This document shows positions 11,201 through 20,500 of a DNA stretch of 57,196 nucleotides, piece by piece. Source of the stretch: Rhizaria sp. SCN 62-66 (lineage: Eukaryota). Position numbers and translations under genes: made by a program. The notes beneath the pieces were generated by a model that did no database searches, was not told where the DNA came from, and worked only from the letters and a program-made list of their open reading frames with translations. Position 1 is the stretch's first letter. The number at the start of each line of letters is the position of its first letter. Location of the stretch: the NCBI GenBank assembly GCA_001724265.1, contig MEDY01000170.1:1-57196 (forward strand). Reading direction: 5' to 3'.

Positions 11201-12602
11201 CGCTGCGCTGTGGGCCTGGCGCTACCCGGGGCTCGTGTCGCTGCCGCTCGCGCTCGGCGACCAGCGCTTCGCGCTCGGCAACTGCGGGCTGGCCCACGAG
11301 ACGCAACTCATCGACGTCGGGGCCGAGTCGGGCGCGGCCGAGGCGACGCCGCAGCCGCACTTTTTCCAGAACCTCGCTGAAGCCGAGTACGTGGTGCACA
11401 TGTACATGTACCTGCGTCTCATGGGCCACCCCGCGTCGTCCATCTCGCTGCTGACGACCTACAATGGCCAGAAGGCGCTGCTCAACGACGTGGTGGCCGC
11501 GCGCTGCGCTGCGCACCCGCTCTACGGCGCGCCCGCGCACATCGCGACGGTGGACGAGTTCCAGGGCCAGCAGAACGACTTCGTGCTGCTCTCGCTCGTG
11601 CGCACGCGCGCCGTGGGCCACATCCGCGACATCCGCCGCCTCGTCGTCGCCGTGTCGCGCGCGCGCCTCGGGCTCTACGTCTTTGCGCACGCGCCGCTGT
11701 TCCGCAACTGCCTCGAGTTCGCGCCCGTGATGCGCTCGTGGGCCGCCAAGCCCGCGCAGCTGCAGGTGTGCCCGCAGGAGCGCAACGCCTACGGCTGGAC
11801 GCAGCGGCCCTCGTGGACGCACCGCGCCGAGCCCTTCAAGGGCATTGCGCAGTTGCCGCCGCGCGCGCCTGCCGGCTCTACCTCCGCCTCAGTCTCCGCT
11901 GAGGCCGCCTCTGCCCCTTCCACTGCTGCTGCCGATAAGAAGGCGGCTAGCGGCGGTCGCGGCGGGGGTCGCGGCGGGCGCGGCGGCCGGGGCGGAGGCC
12001 GCGGCGGGCGCGGCGGCCGCAGCAATGGCCGCGACGCGATGCCTGCCTCGCTGGAGGAATACGAGGCGCTGATTGTGGCCAACGGCGACGCCGTCGTCGC
12101 AGCTATGTCCAAGGCCCAGCAGCAGCAGCAACAGCAGGAGCAGCAGGAGCAGGAGAGCTCCAGCGCTGACTCTGCCGCTGCCGGCGCCGCCGCTAAGGAG
12201 GGCGAGGCCGGCTCTGCCATGGACGACGCCGACAACAGCGGCGGCAGCAGCAGCAAGAGCGAGAGCAAGTCCGAGAGCGACAAGTCCGACAAGTCAGCCG
12301 CTAACGACAGCTCTGCGAGCGATGTTGACGTGGCGAACCCGCAGGTGTTCACGATCGCGCACGTGACGCACTTTGCAAGCGTGGTGGCCGCGATCGAAGG
12401 CATCGCGATGGGCGAGTACGCGGCGCACGTGGCCTACTTCCGCGAGCAGGAGCGGGCCGCAAGCGAGGCGACGGCGCGCGCGCAGTGGGAGGTTCAGCGC
12501 CGGCGCAGCGAGGAGGAGGAGCTGGTGCGCGAGGACGCCGCGCGCGAGCGCAGGACCGAGATGCTTATGGAGGAGGAGCCCGTGGACATGCAGCAGCGCT
12601 GA
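5223..12602 (+). CDS. AQR: Aquarius / IBP160 intron-binding spliceosomal SF1 RNA helicase (~2416 aa after splicing; exons 5223-5367, 5497-12602)
   Basis: Family motifs [83 protein letters not shown], Walker A [58 protein letters not shown]. C-terminal RGG box. Stop TGA. Confidence 0.96.
   Translation: [2459 protein letters not shown]
5368..5496 (+). other. Spliceosomal intron in AQR (129 nt)
   Basis: GAAG|GTACGT donor, pyrimidine-rich body, CTTTCTGCAG acceptor. Removal gives [14 protein letters not shown], like the AQR N-terminus. Length is a multiple of 3, so it is hidden in the ORF track. Confidence 0.85.
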
Positions 12603-13159
12603 AGTGCGCGGGACGAGGGAAGACACTGACTGAAGACTGAGGTTGTTGCAGGACTCCTGTGCATCGATGTAAGTGTATGTTTAACGTGTAGAAGATAAAT
12701 GGCCATTTCTATGGATACGTATTTTAAGCTGTAGTATAATAAACATGTATAACTATTGGATATCTCAATCTGAAGCTGGTAAGGTAGTATTAATCATTGC
12801 TTGCAACTGTTTTAGTAGTGCGCATAACGTAGCAAAATCGCAAGGTCGCCAGCGGTGACTGGGCTCGCAAAAAGGAGAGGAGGTTGGCTTGAATTAATGG
12901 AGTTATTCTCGATATTTCCGTCGTCATTAACGCACTTTACAGTAGATTTTTGTTAGAACAGCTAAGACATGTTTGATACCAATTTAAAATGCACGCTTGC
13001 TTGCGACATTCTACATGAATATCTACATTCTTACGACCACTCAAATTCGCTGTACTTGCGTTTCCATTGCCTCTCCTTTAGCCTCCGGTTCCTTCGTTCC
13101 CCCGCGCCTCCGAGACTTTCCGAAGCAGTTTTCCTTTTCTACGTTTATTTGCGCTTAAC

Positions 13160-13954
13160 ATGCGCGTGCTGCAGACCCCTCTTCTGCTCGCGAGCCTGGC
13201 ATTTTCGGGCCTGCTCGCCACGGCCGCGCCGAGCTCTCGCGCTGCCCCTGCGTCTGCCGCGGCCTCCGCCGCTGCTGCCCCGCACTTCGCCGCCGCTGCG
13301 ACGGACTCCACCCACGTCTCGATGTGCCCGCTGACCGCGGCCGAGCTGTCGCTGGTGCCACACTCGGTGGCCGCCGAGCCGATCGTGATCACGTTCCTGG
13401 CCTCGTACACCAACATCGAGGCCGTGAAGACTTTGTTCCGCAAGGACGTGGCGACCGCGGTCAACGTCGGCACCTCGCGCATCTGCGTCGCCAACGTCGC
13501 GCAAGCCTCCGGCGAGCCCATTACGGCGAGCATCTTCGTGCTGCCCGACTTCATGTCCGAGGGCGCGGGGCTGCCGTCTATCGTGCGCTCGGCCGTGCTG
13601 ATGCAGGCGTCGCAGTCCTTCGCCACCAGCGCGCTGTCCACGACGGACACGGGCGCGTACATCAACCCCGACAAGACGGACAACTCCGTCGCCGGACAGA
13701 TCCTCTACTCGTGCGAGTCCACGTCGGCGCTCGAGGCGGCCGACTTCGTCTGCCCCTCAGCGCCCGCGACCGACGACGTGCCCACCGACAACGAGAGCGG
13801 CTCTGGCCTCGGCTGGGGACTCGCCGCCGTGTCGGTCGCCGTGACCGCGCTCTCCACCTTTGCCTTTGCCTGGGGCTACTCCAGGTACGAGCGCGAGGCC
13901 GAGGAGAAGCAGAACGAGAAGATCGAGATTGCCGACAAGGCGCGGGCGCAGTAA
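13160..13954 (+). CDS. Uncharacterised 264-aa type-I membrane/surface protein (signal peptide, extracellular domain, C-terminal TM helix, short charged tail)
   Basis: ATG-led GC-rich ORF bounded by AT-rich DNA. Hydrophobic N-terminus MRVLQTPLLLASLAFSGLLATAA; TM GLGWGLAAVSVAVTALSTFAFAWGY followed by SRYEREAEEK. Stop TAA. Confidence 0.8.
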   Translation: MRVLQTPLLLASLAFSGLLATAAPSSRAAPASAAASAAAAPHFAAAATDSTHVSMCPLTAAELSLVPHSVAAEPIVITFLASYTNIEAVKTLFRKDVATAVNVGTSRICVANVAQASGEPITASIFVLPDFMSEGAGLPSIVRSAVLMQASQSFATSALSTTDTGAYINPDKTDNSVAGQILYSCESTSALEAADFVCPSAPATDDVPTDNESGSGLGWGLAAVSVAVTALSTFAFAWGYSRYEREAEEKQNEKIEIADKARAQ

Positions 13955-14505
13955 GTCAGCAAGCAAGCGCTGTTTACCACACAGCCACATGTTACTGTTA
14001 TAGCGGGTGTCGCCCGAGGGGCTCGACGTGAGTGCTCGAAGAAACTTAACCATATCCTTTGTTTGTTTTTAATACATCATATTTTGTTTTCTGTTCTTCC
14101 TTGCCTCTGACCTTGGCCGTCATGTCGCTGGTTTTCAGGTTTTAGGCAACCAAAGAGTCAACAAGTGTCTGCTTGGTAACGAAGAAGACATTTGACTTTG
14201 CACAACAAGAGCTCTGAATTCTGATCGTCATTGTCAACTTTGACAGTTTGTATACATTTAATATGCAGATTGCCTTATGTCATTTAAATAATGTTTCACT
14301 TGAAGGCGTATACCTTTAAGGAATTCGTTTTTGAATCGCCTCGTGCTGTCCGAGTTCCTGCATCTCTCACAACTCTCTTTTTCACACTGCTCAACGTCGT
14401 TGGATTCTATGCAGAGCTAGGGTTACCGCCTAGCTGTTTAATACTACCACAGGAATTAGTTTGCATTGGCTTTGGACATAAGCTTGCTAGTCTTATTGCA
14501 GAAAA

Positions 14506-17500
14506 ATGTCCGCGGAGGCCCGTCGTTTCGGCCCTCCCGCCCCGCTACCCGCGTCGCCCCCCGCGACCGCGTCTATGCTCCAGCCCTCTGATGCCTCGCG
14601 CCCGCACCCTGCGCCGCATCCGCGCGGAACGTTTTTGCTGCCTTCAGTCGCTGTTGCAGCCGAGCCCGCAGTCCCCGCGGCCCGCCGCGCGCGCCCGCCC
14701 TCGCAGCGCCCCGCTGCTGGTCCTGGCTCTGTACCCGCCTCTGCACCTGTGCATGCGTCTGCGACTGCCCATGATGTTGCGTCAGCACCCGATATCAACT
14801 CGATACTGACCCGCGGACGCTTTGGCGGCAGCGCAATGGTTAAGCTCCACGCGTCTTCGACAACGACGACGACTGCGAACAAGGCCCAACACTTCGGCGC
14901 AGCTTCTGCTGCGTTGTCGTACAGCGCTGCGACGCTGCCGTACACTACAATGCACACACATGCAAGCAGTAGCGCGCTTAACGCTGCTCCAGCACCCTCT
15001 CCGACCCACGGCCACTTGCAGACTCTCAGTTAGGGTCACGGTCCGACACTGCGGCAGCAGTCGGAGCGTTACCCACAGCCACAGGCGCAGGCACAGGGAC
15101 AGGGGCCGGGGCTGGGGCTGTCGGCGCAGGCGCGGCCGCAGTCGCGCCCGTCGTCGCTGCAGCTGCTGCGCGCCTCCCTTCTGCACTCGCCTCCAGTGCC
15201 GGCCGCAGCGACAGCAACAACACCGCCTGCGACTGTTGCGTTCGCGTCGTCCGCGCTGTCCCCCTCGGCAGCCCCCGCGGCGGCCCCCGCGGACCCGGCG
15301 CTACAGGCGCTCGTGTCCGAGGCCGCCGCAATCGCCGCCGCGGTCGCCGCCGCGCGCCCTGGCCGCCGCCGCGACGCCCCTGGTGGGGCCGCTGCGGCTG
15401 CTACTGGAAGTGGTGGCGGTGTGGACGCAGAGGGTGCGCTGGCGGCGCTGGAGAACACTGCCGCGCAGCACCGGCTGCTGATGATGCAGAACTCGCTGCG
15501 TTCTCCGCAGAACAACGGCAGTGCGAATACCACGTCTCCGCATAGCAGCACTGCACTGACACAACCGGCTGCTGCCGGCGTCGCGTCCCGCCCGTCCACT
15601 GCGGCAGCCCCTGTTCCAGTGACAGCGGCCGCCGCGGCGACGTTTCCCACGAACGCCGCGAATACTGCCTCTGCGAACGCTGTTACCGTTGCTGCTGCTG
15701 GGGCTATTGCTGCAGGGAACAGCGTCCGCGGGCACCGCCGTGGTGAGAGCGTCGGCATGTGGCCGCTGCGCGCCGGCGACAGCGCCGGCAGCGTCCTCGG
15801 TGATGACCACAGCTACGGTCACGGCTACGACGGCGACGACGGCGACGCTGACGGCGACGGCGGCGCGGACGCGCGCGACTTCGCGCTGAACCACGCGCAA
15901 AACCAGGCGCGCGCACACAGCCTCACGCGCGCGCACGCGCACCTGGGCGGGGGCTCCTTCTCGCTTGCCCCCGGCCGGGGCCTGGCGCGCGGGCACACGC
16001 GCGGACTGAGTTTCGGCCACCAACAACACCAACAGCTGCTGCAGAGCCAGCAGCAGCAACGCGCGCAGACTGCCACATATAACAACAGCGCCGGCGACGC
16101 TGTCGACGGCGCTGCCAATAACAGCATTGGTGACGGTACCGGCGACGCTGGCGACGGCGGCGACGCGTTGTTAGGCCGGTCCACGCTGGCGTACCTCTCG
16201 ATGCGGGACCCGCTGCTTCGCAAGGCCAACGCTGACGCCGCGGTCCGGCGTGCGCGCGCTGAGGCCGTCGCCGCCCGCTCTGCGGCCGCCGCGGACTCGA
16301 TTCTGCACTCATGGCAGGCGACAGAGAACCGCAAACAGCAGCAGCAACAACAACGTCGACAAAATACGGATGTCAGTGGTACTGAGAATGCAACTGGCGC
16401 AAGCGCTGGTATGAAGACTGCAGAGAGCGGGTGGCGTGAGCGCAGGCCAAGCCTCGGGCCAGGCTCAATGCCACAGTCGCTTGCCGCCGCTGCTGCCGCT
16501 GCCGCTGCCGCCGCCCCTCATGTCACTGCAACTGCAGCTGCACCAGCTGCTGGCGTCGCGCCGAATGCTGCGCTGCATGTGGCAAACACCGCGTCGCTGT
16601 CGCTGTTACGGCGACCGTCGCTCTCGTCCGCGCACGCACTCGCGCACCCGCCTGAGAACCAAACCCATACGCAGCCCCAGCCTCATATTCAGACTGAGAC
16701 GCAGAGTCCTACCGAAGCCTTGGCAGCTGACAGAGCAGAGAAGTCGCCGCTACCGCCCGTGCCGGCTCGTTTGCCCAATCAGTTGGGTCCCTCTACGCCC
16801 TCTGCGGCGCTTGCATCGACGAGAGCTGCCGCTTCGAGAGACGTTACCGCGACCGCGACCGCGGTCGCTGCCGCCGCCGCTACAGCCGCGGCGGCGCTGC
16901 CGTTCGCAGCCGCCGTTGCGTACCCCACCGTGTCGCAGCTCGTGCTTGCCGCCTCCGCCGCCAACGCCGCGACAGCAGGTGCTGGCGCCGCGTCGGCCGC
17001 GCTCGCGGCCGGGCCGGGGACGCCGCTGGGGCCCGGGCGCGCGCTTGGCTCACCGCTTGCGCCGTCACAGACACAGGCCCAGTCGCAGTTGCAGACACAG
17101 GGCCTGCGGTCTCCGGGCGCCGCGCGCCGGTCTCTGGCGTCCGCTTCCGCCCTTGCTTCTGCGCACCCGATCTCCGGCTCTGGCGCGAACGCCTCCACAC
17201 CGAATGCGAGCGCGTTTAACAGCGGTGCCGGCGCCGGCGCTGGCGGCAGTGCTACGATGACGCTGTCGCAGCCGGTAACGCACTCGTCCTTCACTCAGCG
17301 CCCGCAGCGGCCGCCGCCCGCCACAGACGCAAACGCAGCGACGGGTGTTGCTGTAGAGACAGAGTGTGAAGCTCGCACGAATGACACTTTCGTAGCTGAC
17401 GCTCCAGTGAAGGATAGCCCTGAGAAAGCTGTTCTATCCACTCCCAACAGCACCGCCACCGCCACTGCTGCTGCTGCTGCTGCCCCTGCGGCCCCAACTG

Positions 17501-20500
17501 CCCCTGCGGCCCCAACTGCCCCTGCGGCCGCTGCCGGCGGCACCCGCGTGGAGGCGACGTGGCTGTTCCCCGACAGCGACCGCAGCAGCGACCCAGGCGG
17601 CAGCAGCGACCGCGGCGGCAGCGGTCGGCACGGCGGCGCGGGCGCGCTCATGTCTGCGACCTTCACGCGCGGACACACTCCGCTGCCTGCAGCTGCCTCC
17701 GCCATAGCCGCTGCGGCCCATGCAGCGCCACACGCTGCGTCCGCGGCTGGCGCCGGCTCGGTGTCATCGATGCCGCGCCGCAGCACGCTGTCGTCCGCCG
17801 GCGCATTTACCACCGACGTCGCGGACTACTCGTTCGGCAGCACCAGCGGCAGCAGCAGAGACGACGGCGGGTCTGTCGACGGGAACAACGTCGAGGCGCT
17901 GCTGTCGGGGCCGCGCATGAGCATCGCGGCGTTCATGAGCATGGTCAACGACGACGGCGACGCGAGCACTAAGAGCGACAACGGCAACAAAGTGGCCACT
18001 GCCAACGCGAAGCAGAATGTTGACACTGGGAGCATTAGGCCCGCAGTAGCGACATCTGCAGCAACAGCAATAATTCCCGCTGCGCAGGACAAAACCGACG
18101 ACAACGACGACGGTGGTCGCAGCGTTTCAGCCAGCGCGAGCGAGGAGGCGGAGCCCGAGGACGAAGAGCTGCGCAGTGCGGCGCGCGCGTGGGAGGCGTA
18201 CCTCGCCCGCGCCGCCGCCGCTGTGGCCGCCGCAGCGTCCTCGGTCACTGGGACCAACACCACGGGCGACTCGCTCAGTGGCTCAAATAGCGCAAGTAGT
18301 GACAGCCGTCGTTGCGGTAGCGCTGTTGGCCTGGAGTCGTTGTTCAATCAGCAGCAGCCACAACAACCATCTCAGCAACAACAGGTTGCGGGCTCTCTGC
18401 GCACCAACGCGGCTGTTGCAGCAATCGTTGAGCCAAGTATTGCTGCTGCTGGGTCAGCTGCTGTCGCGACTGCTGCCACGAGCGCAGTGAACGCAGCACA
18501 ACCGGAGGCCAGCGTGTCTACCGGCGCGATGGCCGCTAATTCGCTCACGCCCGTGTCCATCTCCGCTGGCTCCCTAGGCACGCTCACTGCGGGCGTGCTG
18601 ACTTCGTCTGCTGAGGGCGGCAGCTTGAGCGCTGGCGGCGCGGGGAGTGCGGCGCACACGCTGACGGGGGGCTATCTCGAGACGATGCGCGGCAGTCTCC
18701 GCAACAGCAACGGCGGTGCTCTCGGGCTGCATGGACTCAGCTTCAACCCTGTGGCTGCTGCAAACAACAGCATAGCCGCTGGTGTGAGCGGCGGCTGCGT
18801 GGCGTTGAGCCCGTACCAGCCCCCCGCGCCGGGGCCGGGGACTCGCTCGCGCTCCGGCTCAGTCGCGTCCTGGGGCTCGCTCTCTTCATCCGCAGCCTCC
18901 GGCACAACCTCGAGTGCCTCTTCTGCAGCCGCTGCTGCCGCCGCATTCGCCGCCGCCGCGGCCGCGGGGATTGCCGCCGCGACCGGCTCTCCCGCCGCGA
19001 GCCCGCCGGACATGATGCGCATGATCTCAACCGCGAGCGGCAACGCGCTCAGTGGCGTCGGCGCCGGCGCTGTGGCCGGGCTGGGCACCGCGATGCACGC
19101 GCCGGCGAGCTACACCGAGCTGCCGCACGCACCCGTGCTCGGCAGGGACCCCGTCGACATCGTCGTCCGCGCGCGCGCTGCCGCAGCCACGGCCGCGGCC
19201 ACCGTGACGGCACAAGCGCACTCGCAGAGCGACTTAGATGCGTCCGGCGCCGGCGCTAGCCCTCGGGGCCCCGAATCTGAATCGACCGCGGAGAGCGCTG
19301 ATCTTGCTGCGTCACCAGTCGTGGGCACAGGCGCTGACGCTGCCGCAGCTTCGGCTGCCGCAGCTGCTGCCGCTGCTGCCGCTGCTGCGGCAACTGCGGC
19401 GCGGCGCGCGGCGCGTGCGTCTGTGCGCGCGTCGCTGCGCGCGGGGCTGCGCGACTACACCCGCGAGCTGAGTCATCGCACACAACTTCTCACTGCAGCG
19501 GCCCCCGCTAACAACGGTGTGACTGCACAGGGGCAGGAGCAGGGCCAAGATCAGCCGCTGTTGCCGCCGCCGCTGTGGCCAAGCCTCTCTTTGACCACGG
19601 ACCCTGCTCCGGCGCACGCGAATGGGGTATTTGAGTCGAACATGAACACTTACGCTCTCGCATCGAGCGTGGACGACGCTACTGCGACGAACGCGTTTGC
19701 GCTTGAGTTAGATGCCGCGGCTGCCGATGGCGCTGCGGCTGCAGTTGCTGCGGCAACTGCTAGCGGCAGCAGCGGCGATTTCAGCAGCGAAGTCAATAGC
19801 GGCAACACCGACGGCGATCGTCGCGGCAGTGGCAGCGGCAGCGACGACAACGGCATATCCGTGCACGTGACCGGATCCGAGGCTATTGACACACTAGCAT
19901 TATCTTTCCCCGCCCCGCCGTTGCCGCCGCCGCTGCTCGCTGCGCGCAGTAGTGACCCGAATGCGGCGTCTGCGCTAGGCGCAGGACTGCGCAGACCGTC
20001 GCTGCCACGCATCTCCTCTCTCTCTGGCGGCCCCGCTGCAGCGTCAGCAGGCAACAACAGCGGCAGGGGCCCCCGAGGTCGCTCGTCGGCGGCCTTTGCT
20101 CCCGCAGCGAACGCGGGTGGCGCTGGGGAGCACGGCAACTCGCCGTTACCGTCGCCGCTGCAGCGCCGTGAACGCTCCACGACGGCTGCGGCGGCGCGCG
20201 AGAGCCCGATGCTGGGCGGTGTTTCAGCGCAGCTGTTGCTACTGCCGGCCTCACCGCACGCCGGCGCTGGCTCCGTCTCAGGATCGGGCTACGGCTCTGT
20301 ATCGGGCTCGATCCCGTTGTCGCCGACGTCACCGGCGGCCGCTTCGGACTACGTGTCCGAGCCCTCTACGATTACACCGATCGCGGCAAGAAACGCCGCA
20401 GCTAAGGCCGCTGCTGATGCTGCTGTCAGTCGGAATACTGATATCTCGCCGGCACAACAGTCACCACCACAGTCCCAGTCGCGGTCTCGTACACGGTTGG

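Noticed and set aside
13951-13956. GTAAGT splice donor overlapping the TAA stop of the membrane-protein gene
   Set aside because: No convincing downstream coding exon, and the protein already has a complete TM plus tail. It does make this TAA weaker evidence than the other two.
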